NCBI GenBank assembly: GCA_009103225.1
Contig: RHPI01000671.1
Location: 189,531-253,530, forward strand
From: Chlorokybus atmophyticus
Taxonomy: Eukaryota; Plantae; Mesostigma and Chlorokybus algae
Direction of reading: 5' to 3'
Length of the DNA: 64,000 bases
Shown: positions 1 through 12,600 of the stretch, one piece after another
How positions within the stretch are numbered: the first letter of the stretch is position 1
Layout of the letters: every line of letters starts with the position of its first letter
The notes under the pieces: generated by a model
Database searches by the model: none
The model's input: only the letters and a program-made list of their open reading frames with translations
Told to the model about the DNA's origin: nothing
Made by a program: the position numbers and the translations under genes

Positions 1-472
1 ATGCCGCTAACAACGCTTGTGGCCACTGCCACTGCAGTGGCACAGCTGTGTGTGTGTGTGTGTGTGTGAATGTGGTTGCGCTGCTGTGACGACATGGGTG
101 AGCCGTTTTGGAGACAGTGTTTACGTGCGTTACAACAGAAAGAGTACCTTAATGCAGCAGCTCTCCACCTGATGGTGGCGCAGTGGCATGTTGTTCGTCA
201 TTTCAAATGCACGAAAGCGTTCGGAGCTCATGTCAGAGGTGGAGCCTGATCCGATGGTGAGAGTTCATTTGTCCCTTGCCGCATGTTTGCACACAACCGC
301 TGTCGGGCCGTTGCGATTGCCGCATTTGAGGGAGTAGATTACCTTTTTTCGTACACTATCTCTGTATCCACACTGCACGCGGGCATCGTATTAGTGCTGC
401 GAGGATATTTGGCAATTGCAACTTGAATACATACATCATGCAATATTACATACATGCAGCCTGCAAGTTCAC

Positions 473-1004
473 TGTCACAGCCCACTCGACCACAAAAGAC
501 TTGGTGCTTTTATAATCGATTTGTGGTAATTTAATGTACCTTCCCGTTACATTCCCCCCCACTTAAGAACGCTGACGTCCTCGGCAGCTGGCGCCCATCA
601 GCTGGGGAATCAATCCCAGGGGTCTGATTTAGGGTCGGCCACCGGCCCCACCATCCAAGGACCGGCCAATTTAGGCCCATACCGGTCAACGCGCGCATGT
701 CGCGCCGCTGCCGGCCCCACAGGTCGCGGCGCCGCGATAGGCAGGTCGCGCCCTGCCGCGCCGACTGAACTGGTCAGTTCGGCGCGACTGCCATTAGGCA
801 AGTCGCGACCCATCGATGATGGCACTTATAAAGTGACAATGTACGATGTTATTGGATCGAGAAACAACGACCGCGGAATTCGTGTGCAAGGCAGGACTCG
901 AACCCGGGTCTCAAGCTCCGATGACCAATGTCACAGCCCACTCGACCACAAAAGACTTGGTGCTTTTATGATCGATTTGTGGTTTTATGTACCTTCCCGT
1001 TACA
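473..1004 (-). mobile_element. Complete mini LTR retroelement (TRIM-like), 532 bp
   Basis: Direct repeats 473-551 and 929-1004, TG...CA bounded. 5-bp TSD TTCAC at 468-472 and 1005-1009. On the minus strand, PBS-like TGGTCATCGGAGC (927-915) follows one LTR and PPT AAGTGGGGGGGAA precedes the other. No coding capacity. Confidence 0.9.
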
Positions 1005-2342
1005 TTCACAATCAACCTTTGCGACTCACCCTTCTGCCGTAACAGTTTGTACTCCCCCCAGCCTAGGAGTTCGTGTGCTTCATAGACCTCCCGGATGACC
1101 GCGGGCCTTCTTTCGATGACTTGTGTGTTGCTTTAGGATTTGGCATGCCTGACAGGAACGTTGGGGAAGTGCTTATCAATGGTCCTTAACACTAATCGCC
1201 AGTTGTCCTGCATGGTTGTTGACTGACCTCTCCATTGCTCCGACAGAAAGTTCATACGTAACACACTAAGACACGAGAGTGCAACGGGCAACAACTTGTG
1301 CATGCTGTTGAAAGTATTGGTACTCCTACCGGTAGGCATTCCGCAAGAACATGCAACATCCCATAAAACTAAGCATTGCAACACGCAACGTATCGCAGCG
1401 GTAGGGAATAAAACAACGGTGGTGTTGCAGATGGCAAATGGTAGGCTACGTGGAGAATGCTGGATTGATTCAAGCAACTCGTAAAGGGCGCTTGCACAAC
1501 GCGTAATACCTGTTGGCACGCTAGCGTTGCACAACGGTTGGTGTCACCTTTCACTCTGAAGTACCTCTCATGTGTTGGGTGGCCTGCTAGCCTAGCTCAA
1601 GCATGGAATTAAAGACGTCAAACTGCGGCGCTGTGGTTGGCCCCTCCAACGCCACTGCTGCGCTTTTAATGTCCTTAATAAGCTTGGCGATGACGCCCAC
1701 AGGCAAATGCATGGCTTGGAGCATGGCAAAGTCAAGCCGCAAGTACGCCTCGCCATCATGGAGTGAGTCACTCCGACAGCATGCATGAAATCTTTCATTG
1801 CGCAACTTTACGAGTGCAACCAATTTGTCACGAGGTTATCATCATGATGATATGTGTTCTTTTTTGGTCGACAAGATGATTACAAACATGTGTTGCATGC
1901 CATTTGCTGCATACGTTTATCAAATATTTAAAACTGCAGCATGTATCTCTACAAAATGCATATGGTTGTGAGTAAGTGCGTAGGTTTTGCAAATGCACAA
2001 GTGAAGTGTATTTTATCTCGAAACGCATATGGCTTTTACAGCTTGAAACTCGTAACCACAAGAAATGTTTGAAAAGCGGCATTATAACAGTCAGTAAAGT
2101 GTTTAAAGATACGTAGCGATGATCGCTGGCCATGGTATAAAAAAACTACCTATGTGTGCATGTCACACCAATGACTACCAATAAACATAAAGATCATGCT
2201 GGAATCTACAAGTTTGCATTCGTTACCTATCATATAGAAACTATTTTATACTCAGTATGTTGTGAACACTAGGTCATGTTAACTACATACAATTTAAGAA
2301 TGCGCTTGATATGTATATTCAATTCGAGTGTAGATCCATTGA

Positions 2343-2389
2343 ATATATGTGTATATATATATATATATGTACATATATATATATATATA
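2343..2389. repeat. Interrupted (TA)n microsatellite
   Basis: Read directly. Confidence 0.9.
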
Positions 2390-3406
2390 CGTTGAGCAAA
2401 TCAACGTTTAAAAGTTGCGCGAAAATTCTGTAGATGCTTGCGGCTGCGTAATTACAAAATCTAAAAAGGGCAATCACTTTAAGTACGGCGCGGTCTTTGT
2501 CCTCCAGGCTACTTCATTTATTATTTTTGCTACCCGCAAACTCTGCAGCCCTGTCGGGTCACTGGGTATGCTTATGAGCTCATCATTAAGTTCACGTATA
2601 AGCTTTGTCTTTTGAATGGAAGCCGAATTTATTGCCTGCAAGCACACATTACAATTATCAATCCTCAGCAAAAGAAATTACACTAGCCAATCAAACAAAG
2701 TGGCCATATGCAACCTAATCAGCAATTACCAATTGAAAAATAACTTACATCATATAGCAAATTGCGTTGTGCAACACAAACATTAACCTCACCATTATGG
2801 ACTAATGATTAGACCGCAACCATCATTCTTCTCGCTGTTGATTGCACAGCAAATGGCTGGTTGCTTAAACCTGAGGAAGTTCAAAATGCTGCCTTTGCGC
2901 CAAGGCACGCTGCAACGCCTTACCGTCGTAACTAGAGATGCATAAAGCCTTGTCTAACATTTGCAAGACACAAATCATGTCACCAGCATCGAATAAGGTT
3001 ACAAACATGTATGTGATGACCATTGTAACTCCTACTAGCGCATAAAGTTATTACTCCTGTATTGTTTGAGCTATCAACTCAAACACATCTGTTGAAACTT
3101 GTTGACGTTATAAAAGATGCGTCCATTTTGCTCTGTGCGAATCGGGCCTTTAATGCTACCCACTGCAAAGTCATGATCTGTAACTTGTTAACGAATTTTC
3201 GACTCACAAACTGTTAGCTACGTTTACAGTAAGAGTACACATGAATATATGGCCTTACCAAATACAAGTGTGCGCAAGTGGTTGTAAGCATAAAGTTGCA
3301 TGTTGGCAACAATCAATCACAACTAGCAGCTCAATTATAGCATGTTAACATGCTAGCACGCTTGCAGCTGCATTATTGTTGTGCAAACATGTTATCATCC
3401 ATGAGT

Positions 3407-3939
3407 TGTTACAAACCTCACTCATGGTAGCGCTTTTGCTAACATGAGCCATACCTAGTGGTCGGAACCCCCGTTGTTACGTTTGGTATCGGCAGCTTAA
3501 GATCGTGGGTTCGACTCCCGTTGTGGGATAAAAACACAGCCATTCTTGAGGAGGATTCAACGGGAAATGAACAAAACATTTAGCCTTGCCCTAGGCTGAT
3601 TGTGGGTTCGCAACCCTCGCGCCGAGCTTAAGTTTAGACCTACAACTGCGTGAGCGATCGCGCTACGATGGCAGGTCGCGTCGTAACTCGGTGAGGGTGG
3701 CCGGTGCCAGCTTAGTCAATGGGTTTTCGACCGAGTGCACGCCCAAAGTCCGCGGGCGGATCGGTCGTGGGGCGGCCGAGAGCACGGCGACGCAAGCTAG
3801 TGGGAGAGCTTGACAGAAAGGGAATTGGTGGGTTTGAATCGGGGAGGAATTTAACGAATTTGGCATAGATTGTCACAGACCTCTCTTATGGTAGCGCTTT
3901 TGCTACCATAGCCTAATGGTCAGAACCCCCTTTATTACA
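3407..3939 (+). mobile_element. Second, more diverged mini LTR retroelement (TRIM-like), ~533 bp
   Basis: Imperfect direct repeats 3407-3481 and 3871-3939 share ATGGTAGCGCTTTTGCTA..CAT and TA.TGGTC.GAACCCCC. PBS-like TGGTATCGGCAGC at 3484-3496; purine tract near 3841-3850. No clean TSD. Confidence 0.75.
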
Positions 3940-6900
3940 AATGTAGATGGCCAGCCTAGTATTCATGACAAGTCCCCCATGAATGCAATATGTGTGTGCT
4001 AGCATGTTGTGGTAATTCTGCAGTGTTATTAACGCATCAAAGCTTATTATAATCAATATATTATTTACATATTATACGTTTGCACAATTTATTATAATAT
4101 ATTGCTAGTTTGGATACAATTGTGGCAAGACTTTGTAGGGGTGCTGCAGATGCAAAGTCTTGTCAAAATTAACCAATATGCCTCAACACTGTTTTTTTTG
4201 ATACTGCCCTTTAAGCTTGTAATTATTGATGAGATGTCTGAAATGGTTGATTGTATATACACCAATAGCACAATGTCCGCAGTTTATCAACCTAAAACAG
4301 TCTGGGTTTCGATTACAGTCATGTAAATGAAAGTGATCTGTGGCACAAAGTGTACAATCACCATCTCAATGTTATTCAGGTGAACAAGAGACATAATAGT
4401 TTTCAATCAAATAAACTCACATAGGCGAAACATTAGCGTTAAGCCGATTTGCCGTCGTAAGCTTGGGTGACATGATAACTTGTGCGCACTATAATCAAGG
4501 CGAGGGGGCATGTGTGTGTGTGTGTGTGTGTGACACAATACAAATCTAGCCACCACGAAGCTTTTGTCTTTGAAAGCAGGATATACGTGACGGTGATGAG
4601 GAACTCCATAGGAAGTCCCCGTCCGTGATTTTCATTGAATTAGCCAAAACTGTATTGAATTGCATATTGTTGCGAAGGTTACTACACGTTACACATTAAA
4701 TGCAAACGTTTAACTATGCACATGCGTTTGGCCAAAAGAGCATTTTTGATGGTGTGGTGTAGGAGAATACTCGTTGAGATAAGCGGCATTTTATGATATG
4801 AATTAATTGATTTAAGATGATACCGAAAGTGTCATAAAAACAATAACGGGGGGGGGGGGGCTGTAGTTATGCACCCTGCATTTATCAATGAAATCGTTAT
4901 TAAGTTTAGGATGTTCANGGGGGGGGGGGGGGGGGGGCTTGTAGTTATGCACCCTGCATTTATCAATGAAATCGTTATTAAGTTTAGGATGTTCAACTCA
5001 TCTGAGCAAGTTGCTCAAATTATGAGACAAAAGCAAGTACAATCTGCTTGCCGGCAGTATTGATTATCGGCATGTAAAGATTTAATGAAGGCTGTGCGAA
5101 CAGAGCACTAAAACATGTCGGAATAAGGAGTTCCTCTCCAAGCGAGCCGACTTTGCACCAACATACTTGGATATACATTTGATGACGGCAATGCCATCCT
5201 CTCGTCATTATCAATGGCGTAAGCACTGATATATATGCATTGGCATCGTTATTGAAAATCCTAATGGTTAAAACCCAGCAGCAATGCTCTTCTATGGCTT
5301 CAAACTCTTCATGTGGAGGTACTTTTTATTTAAGAAATGCTACATTATGTGAGCAATGATCCGCATACATGTTGAAAATCGTAACAAATAGCACAGCCTT
5401 AGTCAAGATAAACTTAATGTGTATGATCATTATATAACATTATATTACACCTTTTATCTTGTCAACTTATACAAGTTGAGCAGTCTATTGTTAAGCTGCG
5501 CAAAGTGTTGCGCAGCTTGACATTGTAGACTTGCGCAGGTTAACGTAAGTTCAGCAGCGCCAAGCTTTACATTAATTGTTGCGTAACTGATTTTGAAAAA
5601 CAGACTCATGTACAAACACATGAGATTTGTTTGAAAGTTGTTCATAGTCCGATACATCGGGACCCGATTGGCGAAGCATAAATTGAGTGTTAAACCTGCA
5701 TTAGTGTTTAACACTGGTTGCACATTAAATACTTGTTACATACCAAGTTATATTAAGTTATTAAGTTTACATTGATGCACATGAATATAATGTGGTGCAT
5801 GCATAGACATATTTATAATACAATAATTTGTACGATATTACACGACGTACGAATGGGTTGTTTGCAGTAAATGACCAATCATTTAACATATTGTTTGTTA
5901 TATATATAGGTTTCTATCAAGCAAGTTATAGCTAAATATGCGACATATGCATCGGCCTTCACAAGAGTTATTGCTCCGCATTTTATGTGCAATGTAACAC
6001 CGATCTTTATTTGCATTAATAATGATAAAAGTGTGGGACTGTAGTTGAAGCAAAGCCATATATCATGCTTCATGCAATACACTTCATTTAATGCACGCGT
6101 TGCAACATGGTAATATCATTTCATAATATAGTAAGCATGCATATCTTATATATTGCTGTTGCATGACATCATGATTATCAATCAATCATAAATGGGGCCC
6201 CCCTCAGTGTATGCTAGGCCAGCAGAACAGAAACGTATGCGTGCAAGCCCATGATTCTGCAGTCGAGAAGCGTTCAGCCAGCATGGAAGCCTGGACGTTC
6301 CACCACAGGCCAGGATCTCGCAGCACTTTCGGCCCTTCTGTCATACAGCCACACATACCCCGCTGACAAGACATGAGAATACTGTACACGCTCTCTCGCA
6401 CAGTCCTTTCCAACCACCCACAAAGCGTCCAGTCATACAGTGTACTACTCTAGTAGAGCCGTTATGAGGCCTATGATTGCCTCTCAAGCTTAGGCCTGCC
6501 GCAGTCACCGAACTCGCGTGCATGCATGCTGTGGGTGACGGCACAGTGCAGCACTTGCTTGCGGGCTGTGGGGCGGCGGTGGCAGTGGCGGTGGCGGTGG
6601 CGGTGGCGTGTGAAGCTGCCCCCCAACAGGCCGGAGAGGTGTTGCGGGCTGTGCTTGTGACAGGACAGGAGCAGGAGCAAGAAAGTTGGATGGGTGCAAG
6701 CATCAGATGGGTGGTTACTAGCGCAGCTTGGGTGCACTGAGGAAGCGTGCTGCGCTCAGCCTCCTCTTCGGCGGTTTCTTGGGTAAGCTATGGTAAGCAG
6801 CTTGGCATGGTTGTGTGCATGGCCGAGCACTGCGCATGCTTAACTCGCACGTTGGCATTTGCTGTTCACTTGCTGTACCTCAACTAGTTTGTACCAAGAG

Positions 6901-9695
6901 CACACAATGCACATGCACAAGTGCATGGACATGCTAGTGCACAACGCTGTCAAGCATGCTGGCAGCCAGCCAGTGATCATAGGACGGATAATTGCTTCTA
7001 TTCCCGAACTGTAATGCTGCAGGCAACACAGTTCCATCCAACAAGCGTTCAATAACAGCTGTTACTGCTTTTCCAAGCACAGGCATGCAATTCCAGCAGC
7101 AGCACAACAGTCTATGTGAGTCTGTGAACTCATCCTAAGCACAGTACTGCGTGATTTACACATGGAAAGACATGTTTTTAGCACCGATAACAGCAGAGTC
7201 AACACTGGAACACTCTTCGTTTTGGGGCCAGTCCATGCGCACACAAGTTAGACAGTCGACTTACTAAGTGTGACACAGCGTTCAATGCTCTTGCGCAACG
7301 GTTGCACAAGCGCTGATTTGATGCACTCAAGTATTGCTGTTTTGCCAAGCTAATTGACCTGACTCAAAAGGCGCTTTCTGTTCAGGTCTTGATGGCTGTG
7401 TGGAGGCTGGCCAAGGCTTCAAGTTGACGACGCTGAGGAGGCGTGGGCACTCTTCCACCCAGGCTGGCGTGCAGCACGCGGTAGGCAGCGCAGGCAGTGC
7501 CGCATGCCGAGTATATTGGTAACAACAAAGACAACAACTGGAAAGGATCGGCTCAGCTGTCAGCCACCCAGCAGTCGTCCTTGAGCAGGTTTGTGCTTAA
7601 ATGCTCTGCTCTGCTCTGCTTTCCCTCAGCCTTGAATACGAACCACACCTATGGCATGGCTTCATACGTAGCACACGCTGCTATGCCAAGCTCTAACTAC
7701 TGCAGTTGGTAGCTCACTGAATTTCTACCTCTTGTTTCGGAATATAGTGGTCACTGGCAGGTTGAAGAGGCCCGATGCCGCAACGTTGCTGAGCGGCTGC
7801 GGCAGCCGCTCAGCATTACAACTGCGGCAGTAGCATCATGTTAATAAAGCTGTCTATAGCAGGTGTATGGTCGCTTCCTAGCTTTCGTGATGCCAACTTG
7901 CGCCAAGCTTTTAGCTATGCTGAGTGTAAGTACAGCTACAGGTAACGACATTTGCGACAAGTGCCACCTGCCTCGAGGCATGCTGCCAGAGCTCTGGCAG
8001 CGCGATGCGGCATATCATTGGCCAACGTTTGTACACATGTTTGTCCGAGATTACCAGCATTGGCTATGATGATAGTTGCGGCGGCATCATAGCTTCTACT
8101 GTTTGGGCCAAGCCATCTGTGAGCTTACAGCCTGGCTACCTGGTAACCCTGGCAGGCTGGTAAGCTCACAGCGCCCTTTCTGGTCGCACCAACAGATGAT
8201 CAATCAATCTCACTGAGAGAGGCTGAGTTAGGCAAGCAGCTGGCGGGATACTTCTGCTCCAACGGCGCAGTGCCTTATGGCAAAAAACTGTGCAGAGGCC
8301 TTAAAAGCATGGACAGCAGCCTGCCATGCTTGTATGTTGGGTCCCTTGGCAGCTCGGTCAAAAGCGTTGATGTCACCATTCAGCTCTGCCATCAGCCCCA
8401 ATATTCAAGCTATTTTGACGCCCACTTTTCATTGTAAAGTTGAGCAGCATGTCGGCGCGGGCTGTCGTTTCCAGAGCCCCAATCGCTCAGCTCATCGCGA
8501 CGTAATAACAACACATGATTGTTGGTGCACTTTGCCTTGTATAGGTGGCGCCCGTACGTACGTCCCAGCTGACCCTTTGGTTGGAAGCAGAGAGCAGGCG
8601 GGGCCCATCAGCCATGAAAATGGTGCCACACTGACGCCGTGATATGGGCCGATCCCGGGCTGTCAGTGTTTGGAGGTAAGTGATTCACATTTTCACGCCT
8701 TGGTTGTGGCGTTTGTGCATGTGCCCATGCCAGCAGTGCCACATGTCATCAGATGCATGGTTTTATGCGCTCATAGAGACATGCGTGCATCAATGACCGT
8801 ACAGTCATCAGTTCATGCATGCATACGGGTGCGTTTACCGGTATGCATGCAAGCCCCTTGCATGGGTCCATGCATGAGTGCATTCCCAACGTGAGGGACT
8901 CATGCACGCAAGGCTAAACCCATGCAACGCCCGTACACGTGGAAGGCCTTTGTCTGCATTACGTCACCTGACAGCGCGCATTGCACGGAGGTGTCCGTGC
9001 CTGCTGCGTCCGTGTGCATAGTTGCAATCTAGGGTGAGAGGGCCTGCATGCCATGCAGTGGAGGGCCAAGCATTTGCAAAGCGAATGACACGAGATCTGA
9101 CACACACGGCGTCAGATCTCGCTTGGTTCGTATGGACCACTGAACTTGCGATTGCTCAAAACATTTCATGTCTCTCCAGATTCCTTGTCGAGGAATCTGG
9201 AGGTTGTCGTGAATTTCCCACTTTTCCCCAGTGTTGATATCAACAATCAGGGTTACTTGCTTGCATGCATGCATGACTGCATGCAGTCTACCGCTCTTTA
9301 GTGCGCCACAGCAATGTCTGCGCTCCTATACAGTGTCACATTTTCATGTGCTTGAAAACGGAGTAGAAAAGCTCTTGCGTCGCAGAGGGGTGAGAGGCAG
9401 CTGGCCTGGCCTGTCCCCTGTCGTCTTGTGGCTGGCTGCGCAGCCTTTGGCTCTGGCAAGGTTGGCGTGGTGGTTTGCTAGCTGTTGGTCTTAATTCAAC
9501 GATAGAGGGTGAGAGAGCCCAGCTGTCACAGAGGTTGGCTGCTTTGAGTTTGGTAGCAGCGTTGTGTGGTGTTGTGCTGCGCTCTTTGGGGCGCTGCTGC
9601 TGTTGCATGTAGCCATGCAAGCGTACTTGAGAGAAGCTGATAGCTGGCGTGCTGTTGCTGCTGCTGGCTTGCAGCCGCCTGCTGGTGCTTTTGGG

Positions 9696-12600
9696 ATGGA
9701 AGGAGCCGGAGGAGGGCTGCTGTCATCGCTTAGCGGCGGCGGCCTGAACTGCCACATGCCAGCACCGCCGCCCTTACCTCCACAACAGCAGCTGCCTCTC
9801 TTCTCCCCTCCTCAGGACGCTCCGCAAGCTTCTCTTCTGCAATGTCACCCCTCCCCTGCCACAGCGGCCGCCGCCGCCATCTCCCTCTTGCCCTTCAAGG
9901 AGCCTCGCAGCTGGCGGCTGGCCATGCTGGGAGCCAGCCTGCCTGGACTCCTCGCGCCCAATAACACCAATAACCTGCTTCTTCTTCCCGAGCCTCTGGA
10001 GGCCGCTGCCGCCAACGTCCTGAACGACCTCACGCCCAGGGTTAGAGTTGTGCATGTTGACATGCACATGCACGAGCATGCTTGCATCATGCATCTGCGA
10101 TGTACGCATGCAGCTGCATCGAGCACAACCCTACGGTACTGATGCAGTAGTACGGATAACCAGTGCACAAGTTGTGATGCACAATGATACTACTGTGCAT
10201 TACAACTGGTGATGCACAGTATGATGTGCACTGCTATTGATATTTCTGCTAGATCCATAGCCACAACTTAAGCTACAACATGCTTGTCAATGTGGGCAAT
10301 TGTCATCCCACAATCACGCTTGGTTACGCACATTGTATCTGGACCCGGAAGGCTTTTGCACTTGAGAACTCATGTGTATGCTTTGACATTGCTTCCTTGA
10401 GGGCACCCGTCGTGTGCGGCTCAAGTCACACAGACAATGTGACTGACTCACTATCAAGCTTAGGTGTATGTCTGCGTCTCTCTGTGTGCTCAGCCCAGAT
10501 CTAAGACATCAAGTAGCTGTGGATGACACAGCCATCAGAAGCCTTCTGAGACTTCACTACACGACATTCCATGGTTTAGGAAACTCACACAGCAAATGTA
10601 TGTATGCTTGCACAGAGCGCAGAGCCCACAAACGAAGCGCCCGCGACAACCACTACTGCTTGCGGAGCAGAGGACGGAGGGCCCGTGTGTTTTGCAACAG
10701 GTGCGGTGCTGATGATGCAGCCGCCGCAGGCGCCAAAGCCCGTGTTCGACACCACAGGTGCAGGGGACGTCGTCAATGACATCACTACGCTTGCCGACGA
10801 CACCGGCAACGCCGCCACCAATAGCAACAGCAACGTCGCCGCCGGCAATGCCTCCGGCGCCAAGGGAACAACACCGCCCACGATGACGAGTGCAATCAGG
10901 GCGCAGCGGGCACGGTCGGCCCGCACACGCCTTGCTGGCCACCACCTTGCCAGCAGGTACCAGTCATGTTGTTATCATGTAATATGATGATGCTTCTTTT
11001 TACTCTTCCATTTCATGCATGTGTTCTGATGGCTGCATCTGACTCTCTGATTCTCATTCAGGAGTGTCTCTCAGCCGCAGCAGAGAGAGTTGGGCGCTGC
11101 TTCAGCCTGCGCGATGCCGTCATCGGCCTCAAGCATGTTGAGGCAAGCGCCGATGGCGGTGGGGAGCCTTATGGAGCTCATGACAGCGAGGAGCTCAGAT
11201 GCACAGCAGCAGCAGCAGATCCAGGCGCAGGGCACAGGGCCTCAACCCTCTCGAGCTCAAGTGGCGACACAGAGCCGCACGCCCAAGCGGCAACGCCAGA
11301 AAAGGCAACAACAACAACAACAACAGCAGCAGCAGCAACGCCAGCAGATTAACAACACCTCGCAGGTACTCTGCATGCAACAAAGGTCCTTGTTGCTCAA
11401 TACAGATTGATTCAACCTGCCTTGAAGGCCTTTATCACTCACGTTCATGTGTATGACATGTGGCAGTTGCCTTCCATGCTAGCTGCGCCCAGCGTGGCGT
11501 GGCCCAAGCGTCACCCCACCACCACCACCACCGCCAACAACAGTAACATCGACAACAACGTTGCCACTGGCCACCCTGGCGGCGACATGACGGACGCCGA
11601 CTGCTGCTCGTCCTCTTCAGAACTCTCCGGTGTAGCAGCCTGGCAACAGCTGTCCGCTTGTCTGCCCGCTGAGGCAAGCATGCATTCATGCATGCGCGTG
11701 TACGTGTGGTTGTGTGTACTCAACATGCGCGTTGCATCAGTGCTTAACCCAGCTGCTTGACTGTGTAGGCTACGTCGCCAATCCATCTGCCGGCTATGGC
11801 CCACGCCGTTGCGAATGCAGAGAAGGTGATGGCAGAAAGCTTGCCGATCAATGATGCCAGCGCCGATGATGCGGCTGTTGCAGCTGCAATGGCTGCTGCT
11901 GAGACCATCCATCATGCAATTGGTACGCTGTTCTAAAGATTTTAAACAGTGTTCACATCTAGCAAGCGGACTGCAACACAAGATGATTGTCACGCAATTT
12001 GGCAGGTGTGACGTGGTGTGACATGTTCACTGTGTGTGTGCAGGTGCGCAGCCGGGAACGCAGAAACAGGCGCTGCAGGAGACGCTTGCCAACATGCGCA
12101 AAGACTACCAGGTCAGGGGCATTGCAGCATAGTTTATGCACGCGTTTTCTGCCAAGCATGCCAGCTGCCAGCTGTCGGTGACTTAACTGGCAGCTGAGCT
12201 ACTCTACTCAACCATACACATGCTGCTCAGGTGGCTCCATATCCAGCAGAAGTGAGCAAAGTGTCTCCCTCCGTGGCCCGTCTCCTCCGATCGGTACGCC
12301 ACACTTGTGCCACATATGCGCCATTGCTGAATAGATGATGACGCTGGAGTGAGGATGTTTATAGTAGATAGAAATGTGCTTCATCTTCTGTGCTTGCACA
12401 GGCTGAGGAGCTGGCAAGCGCGGCGGCGGAAGAGATGCAATGCATTGATCGCTGCAGCATGTCGCTGGTCGCGCGTGCCATCCTGCACCTTCAGAACATA
12501 CCGCAGCCCTCGCCAGCATCACTGGTATTATTATGATAAAGACTGTTAGTAGAAACAGCCATGAGATTAACCGCATATATGTGACTTCCAGGCTCAGACA

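Noticed and set aside
588-625. TGGCGCCC...GGGGAATCAATCCC resembling a tRNA-Lys-type PBS on the plus strand
   Set aside because: Not adjacent to an LTR end; the minus-strand PBS/PPT/TSD set explains the element fully.
880-950. Possible tRNA gene
   Set aside because: A/B boxes are present but I could not fold an acceptor or anticodon stem; treated as part of the TRIM.
4847-4995. Exact ~56-bp tandem duplication, each copy after a poly-G run
   Set aside because: The copies are separated by a single N between homopolymers; most likely overlapping contig ends.
6200-9500. Many short ORFs and exon-like patches upstream of the BELL gene
   Set aside because: No consistent spliced frame or recognisable domain could be built.
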